A stretch of 64,000 nt of DNA. It comes from Felis catus. Its lineage: Eukaryota. Position 1 is the stretch's first letter; each line of letters starts with the position of its first letter. The translations under genes were made by a program, and so were the position numbers. Shown here in pieces: positions 24,291-37,234 of the stretch. A model generated the notes under the pieces. It saw only the letters and a list, made by a program, of their open reading frames with translations, was not told the origin of the DNA and did no database searches. Location of the stretch: the NCBI RefSeq assembly GCF_018350175.1, contig NC_058368.1, positions 179,864,001 through 179,928,000 on the forward strand, written 5' to 3'.

Positions 24291-24694
24291 TCACGTCTTC
24301 CATTTTGAACAAGTATCTCTGTTTTATCAATGGGGATACATTGGCCTCTGCTACAATTATTATGTAGAAAAGTGGGTAAAATAGAATAGAGGGGATTAAA
24401 AATTAAATTTATTAAATTATTGAATTTAAAGCCCTGGCATTTAAATTTAAGATATTTAATAAGTGCTCTGAAAGGGTTCTTATAAATTATGTTCAGATAT
24501 CAAGGTTTATTCTAGAACACACAATATCTTCATTAGCAACATCACAATCGTGCCACCATGTATTTGTCACTAGGTACAAGACAATGTGCTAAGCACTTAT
24601 GAGCATTTCTCACCCATTTCCTGTTAAATGCCCCTTTCTCTCACACTATAAGGTCTTGTACTGGAACAAAACATTCTCTATAAGAGTTAGGTGG

Positions 24695-24921
24695 GGGGCG
24701 CCTGGGTGACTCAGTCGGTTAAGCGTCCGACTTCAGCTCAGGTCACGACCTCACGGTCCGTGAGTTCGAGCCCCGCGTCAGGCTCTGGGCTGATGGCTCA
24801 GAGCCTGGAGCCTGCTTCCGATTCTGTGTCTCCCTCTCTCTCTGCCCCTCCCCAGTTCATGCTCTGTCTCTCTCTGTCCCAAAAAAATAAATAAACGTTA
24901 AAAAGAAAATTAAAAAAAAAA
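24695..24921 (+). mobile_element. Young CanSINE (SINEC_Fc type)
   Basis: CpG-rich head with the GGGCTGATGGCTC variant shared with the copy at 1523. TSD AGTTAGGTGG at 24685-24694 and 24922-24931. Confidence 0.97.
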
Positions 24922-25339
24922 AGTTAGGTGGTAGATTCCATCTGTTATAGCAGTAAAAGCCAATCGGAGTTTTTAGATGCTTTTTTGTCTAGTGTTTAGC
25001 CAGCACACACTTCATGTTCTCTCACATGGACAGAATTTTGCAGCAAATTGTATGAATTAGAAGAAGTTCACCCTTCCTCCAAGCAGTTGACTCCTACATT
25101 TCAGAAAATTGTTATGATGTACTGGTTTGTTAGGACAAGGATTTTATGGCCATATTCTGGGGAGGAAAATGTATTAACTCTACAGATGTACAGTGTCTAC
25201 CTTGTGTATGGACCCCCTAGGATAATGACCATATTGTATACTTGCATTCTGGAAGTCAGAAGTTCCAGCCAAGATATTTCAGGAGTTCTAGTGTGGATCT
25301 GATGACTTGTGCTGGGAAAATTTATTACTGATGATTATC

Positions 25340-25525
25340 ACTACTGTAATTTATTAGTCTTATGTACTGGGCACTGTTAGACACAAAACTTTATTTTACT
25401 TCTTAAAAAATACAAGATAGCCATTGACATCTATGAATCAGAAAAGGGAACTAAGGTGCAGGAAGGGCCACGTGACTCACCCAAGGTCCTACAGCTAGGG
25501 AGCAGCCAATCCAGGGTCCTCACCT
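25340..25525 (-). mobile_element. MIR SINE
   Basis: TATGTACTGGGCACTGTT...GGGAACTAAGGTGCAG...GTGACTCACCCAAGGTCCTACAGCTAG. Confidence 0.7.
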
Positions 25526-25589
25526 ATGTCTGTGATCTTCCTCCTCAACTCCAGTAGCTTCCAGTGTCCCAGGCTCAGAGAACACCAGA

Positions 25590-26396
25590 ACCTCCCATCA
25601 GCTGTTCAGGCTGGTGCCATGTTGGAAACCACCCCCTCCTTTCCCCACCCCCACCTCATCAGTCTAGTTGATTATACTTCCGAAACATGTCATCGACCCA
25701 CTTCATCTTTTCCCACTGCTTCCACCCGAGGCCAGACTGCCACCACTTTTTGCCTGGACTGCTACCTCCTAAATGGTGTCTCCTCATGCATGTTTCTCCC
25801 TGTTCAACTCCTTCTCCGTAAAATCAGTGTCTCTTCCAAAATACACATCTGATCCCCTCACTGGCCTGCTTAAAACACTTTCACGATTTTCCCTATTCTC
25901 TTAGGGTAGAAATGAAAATCCTCCCACATGACCTATAGGGACCCTGCCTGGCTTCAGGTGATGACCCGGTGTCATCACCACACTCTGCCTCAGCCCCTGT
26001 CCTCCAGACACACTGGCCTTCTCCATGTCCCTCCATTGTGTTGGATTCCTTCCTACCCCAAGGCCTCATTTGAAGTTTCCTCAGTCCCCTGACTCTACCT
26101 GGTTTAGTCCTACTCATTCTTTAAACCACTGCTCCTCCAGGAAGACTTCTCTGACTGCACCCTTAACCCCATATATACCTCTGTGTATGATCAACTCTCT
26201 TCCATAACACCAAGCCCAGTTATAATTAAAGAGCCTAAAGAGCCACTTGTGCAGTTGTTTAACCTCTAGGTACCACCTCCAAATGGGAAGCTCCAGGAGA
26301 ATAGGGATTACCTTTTCATCTTTACCACTGTGGCCCCAGTTCCTAGCACAGGACAAGACCTAGTAGGTGCTCAATAATTATAGGATGATTAAATGA
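25590..26396 (+). mobile_element. LINE-2 3' fragment
   Basis: CCACCACTTTTTGCCTGGACTGCTACCTCCTAAATGG...AAGCTCCAGGAGAATAGGGA...CCCAGTTCCTAGCACAG...TAGTAGGTGCTCAATAA followed by a TGAA-like tail. Confidence 0.85.
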
Positions 26397-27544
26397 CCTA
26401 CTGATTCCAAAGCCCCCTCCTTTTGCTGACCACCCACCTTGCATCCATTAAGGATCAGCATCAGCATATCACCTGGGCTACGAACAGGGCATTACAAGAA
26501 GTCAAATGACATGGAAAGGTGTGTGCTTGTTATCCTGGCATGATCTAGGCTGTTCATGGAGTTAACTTCCTCCCTTCTGTGGACATTTACTCTTTCAGGG
26601 TAGAGACCTGTGGTTTGGGAGGTCTCTAACCACTTGCTTTGAGTGGAAAAGCTGTGGTCCAGGAGGGGCATGGGAATGAGCTGGCCCCATCTTTGGTCTT
26701 GGCCTAATGATTGTTGATTTCTCATCCACAAGTAATGGGATCCAAATACCTTAGTGCCAAGGGGCAAATTTCTTGAGAATCTCTTTGTTCCGTTTCACTA
26801 ACTTCGCATCCATGTGGTCCTCCCTAGGCTAAGCATCCCTAATTGCGTGGGGAAAACTAATTATAACTATGAGATTCCAGAGCCTTTATTTGCTAGGCCA
26901 GGTTCAGTTCATTGTTTGAAATTTGCTTTCAGTCTGATACGTTTTTTTAGTTGCCAAATATAAACAGATTTGCTTCTTTAATGTTTGCCATCTTGGAAAT
27001 AATCTTTAAACAAAAATCAGACACGAATATAAAGGATGATTCTCAAAGAAACCACACCACAGGGTCTGTGAGGGCTGTGATGGGATTTCTCTGAATTTCT
27101 CCAGGGCCCTGGCAGCTCAGAACAGAATGTGCTGAAGCTCTCTTTCCTTGCTTTTCATCGTAACTCTATACATCTCTATTTAGAAAACACCATGAAAGCT
27201 GAAATGCTCTCAAACTTCCCTTTTGGCCAGGAGTTAGAGATATGTGTAGACCCAACAGGCTTTTCCATTTAAAAAGATCGTTTCATCAGTATGGCACTGG
27301 AACAAAAGAATGGTCAATCAACAGATAATTCTTAAGGTGCTATGGGAGAATTAGAACAAAGGAGTGAACAAACCTGCCACAACAACAGAGTAGAGGCTGC
27401 ACCCCCGACCTTGAGGAAGGTCCTGTCTGGTTGTGGAGATAAGAGGGAATCTAGTGCTAACCAGAGAAGGAACAATCATCCTTGTAGACTGATGAAGTCA
27501 GGAAAGGCTTCCTGGAGGAGGTGTGGCCAGAGAGGCCCTCCATG

Positions 27545-27800
27545 CACAGGGAGGTGGCTCTGGTTTCAGGAAGAAGACCTGCAACTGAATCCTGACTCTA
27601 TTACATTTAACAGGTAAACCGGGACCAATTATCTACCCTCTCTGAGGTAATTTTTCATCTGCAAAATGACAGCAAGACTTACTTTGTAAGGTTATTCTTG
27701 TTGTTTTGTATTTGCAGATCTGTGAGAAAACGTGCATAAGGCATTAGCCTAGGGCCTGGCCCACAATAAGTGCTCAAAAGTAGTTAGACATTTATTGTTG
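27545..27800 (+). mobile_element. MIR SINE
   Basis: AAGACCTG...GAATCCTGACTCT...TTCATCTGCAAAATG...GGGCCTGGCCCACAATAAGTGCTCAA. Confidence 0.75.
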
Positions 27801-30584
27801 TTTTCATTCCCAAAACAGGCTCTCTTGCCTCTCCCTTTGCACAAGCTCTCTGCCCTCCTAAACCACTCTTGCCCTGTCTCAGAGGCTTGCTTCACTCTCC
27901 TTTCGGGACTGAACTTGAATGTCATTCCCTGCAGGAAGCCTCCCCCGTCATCCTCTGTGGCTCTGGTAGCCTCATGCCTTTGCGGTTATCACAACGTGGT
28001 ATCAGCCTGACCTCTGCTGAAGGCAGACGCTGTCACACTGACCTCTGTTTCTTCAATAATTACGAGTGGAATGAATATATGAGAGAATGGGCTACTTCTC
28101 TCCTGTAATTTTGCTGTATGCAAAAATAAAAAAAAAGAGTGAATCCGGAAGTGGATCATCTAAAGACTGGCTATTTAAGGTAGAATCCCAACAAGCGGGA
28201 AGGGAAACCAGGCTTGGGTGCCTCAAAATCAGTAGTCTGTCAGCTCTCTAGCTTCATTCCTTAATCAGGAGCTTCCTGTAGGTTAATTGCCCCTTTGGGA
28301 GCCCCTAGCGAGTGATTATTGCTGTGCCATCTGCCAGCAGGGCTTGGCCACTTTGGCAAGCGGATCTCTTTAGAAGAGGACCAAACCAAAGTTCTGGTAG
28401 GCTTCTGGGAGGCAAATCAAGCCCATCATGCCCTCGGAGTACTGCAAGTCACATATTTATCAGACTCCAGAGCCACTGCTGCCTGGTACAGTGGAACATG
28501 AGCTCCCAGCCAGAAAGGGAGAAGATGGACAAGAGGCACCTTCTCCACACCACACCCCATAAACACGGGCCGGATAACGATGACTTCCTCCTTGTCCCTC
28601 ACCACTCCGTGTGTCATTCGACTTGTCCCAGCCAGGTTCATCCTCTTAAAACATCCCTGTTCTCATGTCCCCCTTCTGCCGCAAGACCTTCCTTCCTTCC
28701 CCATTGCTTCTCCCATGAAATCCAAACTCTCCTGTTGGGCCTTTGATGACCTGGGTCTGGTCCCAGATGATCCCAGTCCTTTTTCTTTCTCTTTACCCAC
28801 ACCCATGCTTTGGAGTCAGAGGCCCTGGCCCAAGTCCGGACTCATTCACTTACTAATGGTGCTCTCTAGGGGAAGGCACCCTGCCCTTTAGAGCCTCAAT
28901 GTGCTCATCCCTAAAAAAGGAACCACGATCTTTGCTTCCTCTACCAATTACAAGAATTAGCAGAGACGCTGGTCAGAAACACTTGGCCAACTACAAAGTC
29001 CTTTCTAACATGCCAGTGATTATTCGATACCCTCCACTTCAGCCCAGCTGTTCTGTTTCACAACCCCTTGGCTATCTCAGAGTCTTTGCTTATGCTGTTT
29101 TCCCCCTCCTATCCTGCAGGATTCTCTGTATCCATTGACGGTGAGTGTTGCCATCTTTCTAAGCTGGCAGTCTTCCCACTTTGCCTGGTAGGCTTGGTGG
29201 TGGTATTCATGTGGAAGGCTCCCTTATGGTGTCAGCTGCCAAAGGCTAGGATCTTGTAACAACAGCTGCCACAGCTCTTGCTATGGGAGGCTTCCACCTA
29301 TGGTTATGCATGTTGCACAGAGTTCAACTCTAGTGAGTGCTACCCAAATCATGGTCTGAGCTGCCAAAGTCGTTATATGTGTGGGGCTGGTTCAGAAGCG
29401 TATGGCTTTACTACAAGCAGACCTGGGAGGGTCCCCAGTCTCCCCCATTTTACAGGTATGGAGACAGGGTACAAACTGGCCCCAGTCACACAGCTGGGAT
29501 GTGAAGGAGCTGGGATCTGACCCCAGTGCTTTTCCCTCCAGGTTTATTGGTGACTGACTATGATGCCCCCCAGGGTGTCCCTCAGCCACATGTTGATTGA
29601 TTGAGATGAATACACTAGGGCTTTGTCTGCAAACAGGAGGAGGAATTTTGCCACCCAAAAAGGGGGGGGGGGTGGCCAGGAACTGCTGTTCTGTCTCCTT
29701 ATAAAAGGAGGTGCCCAGGAAGAGAGAGGACTTACAGAAAAGAAACTCATATGTGTTTTTTTCTACTCATCCCCTTCCTGCTCTTCTTATCTAGTTTGGA
29801 AGAATAGCTTGAAAAGTTATGGTGCCTTCTACGAAAAAGAAAAGTGTCAGGAATGGAGTACGGAGTTGTGATTTGGAGCTGAATTGGGAGAAACGGTCCC
29901 AACAGGTCCTGCCACCTGCCAGGGAGCTCCAGGCATATGGCAGCCAGGCTCCCCTGCAGCAGGCAGCTTCCCCTTCATCGTTGTCTGTGGTTCTCAGCGG
30001 TAAAATGTAGTCCCAATTCTACCATATTTGAAATCATCACCATATCACTGGGAACACTGTGATGGCTACAGGCCAAGCAAACAGGTGGATCTCCTAAAAA
30101 GGCAGGATTGTGCCCCTCCCTACACCCTCCCCGCCCTGCCCAGGTCTGTGCCTCAGAGTAGAACTGTCAAAAACATTTTAAAGTCTGGCCCAGTGCTTGG
30201 GTACGTGGTGAAAACATGTCCCGGAAGCTATTGAGCCAGACTTTGAAAGGGGAGCCCTCAGGAGTCATCTCAGGCCAGCATGTCCTGGGCCGTTCTCCTT
30301 GTACAGAAGCATGTGCTGACATACACTGGTGCCACGAACCTTCTGGCCATACATCGCTGCTTTGTTTGCTGACCCTCAGCAGAACATAGAGGTAGGGCTA
30401 CTGAAGCCCCGATCACCCAGTACCACCTGGCCCCACGCAGCCCAGGTCTCACCCTGCATTACATGCTCTCAGACACACTATGCCTTTCCTTCCCAGAGAA
30501 CTTGTGTCAAAACTCTCAACTTAGGACTTGAATTTTTGTGGAGGGGCAGATGGGATCAAGGTCTCTCTCTTTCATTTCAGCCTT

Positions 30585-30705
30585 AAGCTCAGTGATGCCA
30601 GGGACTGTTTATTTTGCTTATCCCTGTATCCTCAGGTCCTCACATGTTTGGCACATAAAAGATGCACAGTAATATTTGTGGGGTGGATGAACGAGTCAGT
30701 CAATC
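30585..30705 (+). mobile_element. LINE-2 3' terminus
   Basis: GCCAGGGACTGTTTATTTTGCTTATCCCTGTATCCTCAGG...TGGCACATAAAAGATGCACAGTAATATTTGTGG...GGATGAACGAGT. Confidence 0.7.
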
Positions 30706-30829
30706 AGTCATTTGTTTTTCAACTCCATCTGATTTTTTTTTTTCTTTCCTGAAAGACCATTGCCAGGTAAGGGGCAGTCTAAACTCCATGTGTAGCATAT
30801 GAGAAGGTGAAATGGAATGCAGTCTTTCT

Positions 30830-31052
30830 CTTTAAAAAAAAAAATTAAGTTTCTTTATTTCTGAGAGAAGGAGAGAGAGAGTGCGAGCATGAGTGGGGGA
30901 GGAGCAGAGAGAGGGAGACACAGAACCCAAAACAGGCTCCAGGCTCTGAGCTGTCAGTACAGAGCCCGATGCAGGGCTTGAACTCGCGAACTGCGAGATC
31001 ATGACCTGAGCTGAAGTTGGATGCTTAACTGACTGAGCCACTCAGGCACCCC
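30830..31052 (-). mobile_element. CanSINE (SINEC_Fc type)
   Basis: Full body. TSD GGAATGCAGTCTTTCT at 30814-30829 and 31055-31070. Confidence 0.96.
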
Positions 31053-31589
31053 AAGGAATGCAGTCTTTCTTTTTGGGGGGTGGGGGGTGGACACATTTTT
31101 GGTGTCTGCTGCTCTGACTTGCCTAGGGAATTTGATCTGTGCCCATGTTTCCTCCCCACCAGATCATGGACAATACTAGTAAGACTATTTGTGAGGGACT
31201 CCCGGACTTTCTGTGACAGGGGCATGGAGGGCAGCGGGCCTGGGCTGGCTATCACCAGTCAGAGCAGGAGGCTGTATTTGCAGGAGGCAGCAGCTCTGAA
31301 GCATTTATCCCCAGAAATAGGCTGTTCCATTTTCCCCAGGCACAAAGCACATGGGTTATTGACCAGGAGGCACATCACTCACGGCACTCGGCACCTTGAA
31401 ACAGGACAAGAGACTCCGTGCCAGGTGGATCAGGCCTCTGGGGGCTCCTGGTGTGAGAATTTCCAGAACTGGAGTTCCACTACCTCTGTGAACTAAGCTG
31501 TAGGTGTCAGCTGCGAACTCTTTCCCAGGGTTCTGTTTGCAGACATGAGCTGGGGAGGAGAGTCCCCCGGAGTCCCTTGCTAATCCCAT

Positions 31590-31830
31590 TAGTAGGGGTA
31601 ACAGTGCTGAGGCCTCGTACTTGCTGAGTACTGACCCTGTGCCAGATGCCAAGCTCCGCTCTGTCCGTGCTGTCTCCTTACAGCGCTGGCACCTGGAGCC
31701 CCATGGGAACGGTTGTCTCCCCTGTGGAGACAGGAAGCTGCGGCTGTGGGAGGTGTGAGTAACTGGCCCAGAGTCACCAGGCTAGAAGTGGCAGGGTGCA
31801 TATTGGAAACCAGATTCCCTGACCTCAGAG
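31590..31830 (-). mobile_element. MIR SINE
   Basis: CTGAGTACTGACCCTGTGCCAGATGCC...GAGTAACTGGCCCAGAGTCACCAGGCTAGAAGTGGCAG. Confidence 0.7.
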
Positions 31831-32679
31831 CCCCAAGTGTGTCTGCCTGTTTTATTGTTTGCTTACTTATAGGCCTATATCCCTGGCAGGCCTGTGTGGG
31901 GAAAGCTGAAAAGGGTGTGATCCCCTCTACACCGATGGCCCTGCCTACAGCGGATGGTCCTCCCCACTTCAGAGCCATCTTTTGTTTAGGCAAAGATGCA
32001 GCCATGGGCTCTCAAAGCTGAGCGTGGACTCTGAAATACCCAGTCCTCACCCCCATAAGTGCTGTTTCATCTGGGGGCGTACCCAGGAATCTGTGCTCTC
32101 ACCTCTGCCCAGAGATGTGGGTGGTAGCTTCCCCCCTGCATCACGCTGCCTGAGCCCTTGTTTCTGTCCCCTGAGGGTGACTTGTCCTGCAGGTCCCTGG
32201 ACTTGCCATGTGTCCTCCTTGCCTGGCTGAGTTACGTTTAGGTACCAAGCCCAAAGGTGACTGTGGTCCTCAGGGAGGGCACCCTGAGGAATAAACCAGA
32301 CCAGAGCCTAACTGTAAGGAGGCATCCGCCTCTCCTGCCAGCCTCAGCCACTTCCCAGCAGTTGGTATTCTACCCAGGCACCCGTGTGAGCCATCGGACA
32401 GTCTTCCCAGGCACTTCCCTCCCTCATGGGAGCCAGACCTTGTCTGCCCATGCATGAACAGACTCCTCGGGGAGGCTTCAGATAAATAAGCTGCCAGTCA
32501 GGAGACACAGCTGTCCCTCCGGAGTAACTGAGGGGAGATTTAATCCCAGGAGGTCTTCCAGTTGGACAGAATTTTCCCACTCTGCTCTTCCCTCACCCGT
32601 ACCAATCCTGGTTTCAGAGCATGCCTATCTGTGGTCCTGCCTTTCCCACTATCTGCTTGCCCACACAGCTTGGAATGGG

Positions 32680-32850
32680 CTGGTTAAGCACTCTGTGCCT
32701 CAGTTTCCTCATTTGTAAAGTGAAGGTTCTGATAACACCTACTCATAGGATTGTTGTGATTATTTAATGACTTAAATCTTATAAAATGTTTAACACAGTA
32801 TTTCGCATGTAGTAAGCCCTCAATAAAGGTTAGCTATTATCATCATAACA
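32680..32850 (+). mobile_element. MIR SINE (core + 3' end)
   Basis: CTCTGTGCCTCAGTTTCCTCATTTGTAAAGTG...ATAACACCTACTCATAGGATTGTTGTGA...CTCAATAAAGGTTAGCTATTAT. Confidence 0.9.
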
Positions 32851-32899
32851 GCAACAATAGTAATAATGCTTAATATTATTATAGGACATTGGATGGGAC

Positions 32900-33090
32900 T
32901 GGGAATCGCTTGCTGGTACCATCTGGAACAGATAACCTATCTTCTATTAGCCTTGGTTTCCATATCTATGAAATGGACACAATAATAGTACCTAAGATAG
33001 GATTGTTGTGAGAATTGACTAAGTTCTTAGAACAATGTCTGGCAATATAAGCACTTGCCAAATATTAGCTGTTATATTATCATTGTTATT
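32900..33090 (+). mobile_element. MIR SINE
   Basis: GCCTTGGTTTCCATATCTATGAAATGG...AATAATAGTACCT...TAGGATTGTTGTGAGAATT...CTTAGAACAATGTCTGGC. Confidence 0.85.
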
Positions 33091-33700
33091 ACTCAGTATT
33101 TTTAATGAATAATTTATTTTTTGTCATTGGCCCAGGCCAATAACATATAACCTGATGGAGAGAGTCATGTTAAGGGTCACAGGCATGTATCACCAGTCCA
33201 GGGACTTTTGGGCAGAGGTACTTTGATGACCTTAGCCAGGGTTATTACTCTCTCCATCTATAAAATAGTGCCCATTTCCCAACTTCCTTCCAGAGATATT
33301 ATGAAGAGAAAACGGGAGAATGGGTGTGAAAGTGTTTTGGTTCTAAAAGTTCTATTTTAAGTAAAGTAGTACCTAAAATATTAATTAGATTCACTCCTGG
33401 CTGTTTAAATGTTAAAAAATAAATAAGATATCCTCTAAAGGAGAATGTCATCGCAAAAGCTAGAGATTTTTAAATTATGTTTGGCATTTCCTCCTTGTAA
33501 AAGTTGTGAGCACCCATCAAGGAGCAAGAAGTGGCCCAGAGGCCAGGTTTCTAAGCAGAGGGAGGACCAGTGGGCAGATATGATTTACACAGCAGCTGCT
33601 GCCGCCATCTTCCCTAGGCATAGTCCAAAAATCCAGTCCTTGCCAGAGATCTGGAGGGACACCAGAGTGGCATAGAAGCCAGAGGGGCTAATTCTTTACA

Positions 33701-33952
33701 CCTGTGTTTCTCAAAGAGTGATAGTTAACACAATGTAAAGATACATGGGAAAACTTTCAAAAATTCATTGTTAATTTAATGGATAATAGAGAAAAATATA
33801 ACTCACACATTAAACTCTTGATTTTACTGATATTACTGTTTTTCCTCTTTAAATAATTTTTTAAATGTGAGCCAACTTAAAAGGAAGTGTAAGTCAATAT
33901 GACCAAAATCTTGCAAGTGGGGAAAAAAATGAGAAAAGTTTGGAAAATGCTA
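33701..33952. mobile_element. Non-autonomous hAT-Charlie fossil (Charlie18a/MER113-like)
   Basis: Termini CTGTGTTTCTCAAAG and AAGTTTGGAAAATGCT resemble Charlie terminal inverted repeats (TIRs); internal GAAAAATATAACTCACACATTAAAC...GATATTA. Subfamily uncertain. Confidence 0.6.
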
Positions 33953-33957
33953 CATTA

Positions 33958-34495
33958 AACAAACCTTTATTGAGTACCTATTACACGCCAAGCACTCTAC
34001 TGGGTCCTGGAAGTGTCACACTTAATAATGTATCATCCCTGGCTTGAAGCTTTCCATCCAGTGTGAGAAACAGCCACATCCACGCTAACTATAACACAAT
34101 GTGATAGGTGATGTGCCAGCAGTTGAAGAAAGTGCCAAGCAAACCAGATACAGGAGGGATCCATTCCACTAGGTAAATGAGAAGGGCTTCAGAGAGGAAT
34201 GACATTTGACTGGGTGCTGAACGCGCCAAGTACTCCAGTTAATGGTTGGTGAACAGTACTGTGGTTAACGGTGTCCCTATTGTCACAAAGCTTACATTCT
34301 TGCAGGCAAGACAGACTAAGTCCTAACAGTCAAGGAAATTCATGATGCAAATGCAAGTTTCAATAAGTGCCACAAAGGAAATGAGCTACAGAATAAGGAG
34401 GGGCCCTTCTATGGGGCATTGGTCAGAGAAGGTTTCTCTCAAAGGTAAAGCTGAAACATAAATGATAAGAAGCCACTAGCCATTGGAAAAAGTAA
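33958..34495 (-). mobile_element. LINE-2 fragments (two 3' segments)
   Basis: TTTATTGAGTACCTATTACACGCCAAGCACT...; GTCCCTATTGTCACAAAGCTTACATTCT...GGTCAGAGAAGGTTTCTCT. Confidence 0.75.
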
Positions 34496-34504
34496 AAGGT
34501 TTTA

Positions 34505-35390
34505 AGAGTTTTAAATTGTGGTATAACATACATAACATCACATCTTAACCATTTTTAAGTATGCAGTTCAGTATTATTGAGGACATTTACATTGTTCTGC
34601 CAGCAATCTCCAGAACTCTTTTCATCTTACAAAACTGAATCTCTATACCCATTAGAAAACAACTCCCTATGTCCCCACCACCCTCAGACCCTGGCAACCG
34701 CCACTCTGATTTCTGCCTCTGTGAACTTGACTACTCTAGGTACTTCATATAAGTGGGATTATACAGTGTTGGGGGCTTTTTTGTGGCTGGCTTATTTCAC
34801 TTAGCATAATATCGTCTCGAGGTTCATCAGTGTTGTAGCATGTGTCCAAAGTTTTTCCTTTTAAGCAAAGGGCCTTTTAAGGGCCCAGTAACAGTCTATG
34901 TGCATACCAGGATTTTGTTTATCCATTCATCCTGCAATGGACCCTTGTGTTCTTTCCATCCTCTGACCTGTAAAACATGTTCCTGTGAACATGAGTGTAC
35001 AACATTTCTTCATGACCCTGATTTCAGTTCTTTGGGGTATACACCCAGAAGTAGAATTGCTTGATCATATGTTAATTCCATTTTTAACTTTTTGGGGAAT
35101 TGCCATACCATTTTCCACAGCAGCTACACCAGTTTACATTCCCACCAACAGTGCACAGGGGTTCCAGTTTCTCCATATCCCCTCTAAAACTTACTAGGAA
35201 TTCTTTTTAAAATTGTAGTCATCCTAAAATAGAGATAGTGTGGTATCTCATCGTGGTTTTGCTTTTCATTTCCCTAATGATTAGCGATGCTGAGCATCTT
35301 TCCATGTGCTATTAGTATATCTCCTTTAGAGAAAAATCTGTCCAAGTCCTTTGTCTGTTTTTTAATTGGGTATTTTTGTTGTTGAGTGGA
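34505..35390 (-). mobile_element. Eutherian LINE-1 3' end (L1MB-like)
   Basis: CAATCTCCAGAACTCTTTTCATCTT...CCCTGGCAACC...TTGACTACTCTAGGTACTTCATATAAGTGG...TACATTCCCACCAACAGTGCACAGGGGTTCC. Confidence 0.93.
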
Positions 35391-35399
35391 CTTTATGAC

Positions 35400-35585
35400 A
35401 TAGCAATGAAAAGCTGAAAGGCTCTTGAGCAGGGCATTAACATATATCAGATTGTAGAAATATACATCTGGCAGTAGGAAAGATGAATTGAAGGGTAGAA
35501 GCACAAAGTGGGGCTCCCAGGGCTGGTGCTGTGATGGCCCAGTGGGGAACTGTTCCGAAGTAGCACCAAGGCAATGGTAATGACC
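35400..35585 (-). mobile_element. LINE-2 continuation beyond the L1
   Basis: GAAAGGCTCTTGAGCAGGG...ATCAGATT...CTGGCAGTAGGAAAGATGAATTGAAGGG. Confidence 0.55.
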
Positions 35586-37234
35586 AAGTGAATAACTGTT
35601 TGTGTCTGCTTATGCCTGAAAACCTCATCTCCCAAATCGGAGATCTATATTCTCTCAGAGAGATGAGTTTCTTCTCAGGACCTCATAGGCTGAGTTGGGT
35701 GGGTGGATGGACTCAGTCTTCTTGTGTTTTGGGGAGCTATGGGTTTCCGTTTTATGATGATCCTGATTTCTGAGTCACTGCTCCCAAACAAAAGCACCGT
35801 TGTCATTGATCGACCTGGTGGATGGAATGTAGTCTGTGCAAATCACTTCCTGAATAGTGAGTTCCTGGAAAAGCCAATGGAGATCCCACCTGGGTTTACA
35901 GCCAACCCTGTCAGCTGGCTTCTAATCCCTTTTCCAGCAGCTAGCTGAGCTCTGAAATGTGTCGTTTGGGGCAGTAAGAGGACCTAGACTTCACTTGGTT
36001 ACTGTTTTTAAATATAACAAATGACATTCTCTTTGTATTAGAACAAGCAAAGAAGCTTAGAATTGACAAACCTGGACTTGACTTTGAAACCAAGCACATC
36101 ACCTTCAGAACCTTGGTTTCTGCTTCTATAAAATCAGGGAAATAGCAACCCCCCCCCTTTATGCATTCTATATATTGCCTCGTTCCACGTTCATTCCAAC
36201 TTCTTCCTTGTGTACTTTTCTATAATGTAGAGACAGGAAAGCTAAAGATGGAAGCTCCCAGACCCTACTGCAGCTCTGGGGTGATTTAATATCTGCCACC
36301 TGATACGCTTGTGCAAGACTAGAATCCAGAACTAAATTTACTGGGAAGAGAGGAGTCCTGCCAAGGATCCCTCTTGCTGGTGTGGATACAGAGCCAACTG
36401 TTTTGGATATAGCTTTTAAAATCCCCCTCTGGCAGCTAGATGGTCTGACTCTGGAACCGGCTCTTGGGGCAGTTGCCTCCTGCTTCCCCAGCTTGTGCAC
36501 TGTAATAGCTCTCTTGGCTGGCCAGTTCTGCAGTATTGCTCCCTGGAGCCATCCGACAAGTTATTAAGCATTTAATCCCATTTGCTACAATATCGATAGA
36601 TGCTTATAAAATTGTTGGTCGTCTTGTTCAAACTCTCTAGAGTAGCTCCTATTAACCTGTAACGAATCCCAGGCTCATTTACATGGTTTAGGAGCACAGT
36701 ACAAAATAACAAGCAAACATTCCTCACACTGTTCTTGACTCCTAGAAGATGTTCAATCAATACTGATTGTCTCTGGCTCTGAAATTGGGGGTGATCTCCT
36801 CTGTGGAAGATACCACTGCTTTCCTCTACGATGGAACCTCAGGGATATGAGGAAGGGCTTTCTCTACCTTTTCCCTCCACTCTGCCAAATCCTCCCACCT
36901 GCTCACAGATCTTTAGAAGGTTTTTTTAAAAAGGAAAAGACTTTCTCATTTAGACTAAAGACTCAAAACTCAAATGTTCCTGTATTCATTACACTGGCTT
37001 GAGTTGAAAAGAGGTGCAGTGGTTGATTTGAGCTCCTATGCTAAAAGGGGGATTTGAGGACGAAGGAGGGAGAGGTGTGGAGGGTACTAGACCCTGGTCT
37101 ACAGGCGAGAAGCAGGACACAGGAAGGGAAGCCAGACAAAGACGGGAGCTAGGGATGCCCTTCATCCTAAAGGCCTAGAGTTAGGATACTCATGCCAATA
37201 CATGGCCACTTAATCCCTTTCTGTGGCCCCTGTG

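Noticed and set aside
28312..28746. Longest non-repeat ORFs (144 aa here; also 9252-9680, 31080-31496, 54692-55156, 62044-62454)
   Set aside because: No recognisable homology, several use non-ATG starts, some overlap MIRs, and the lengths are compatible with chance.
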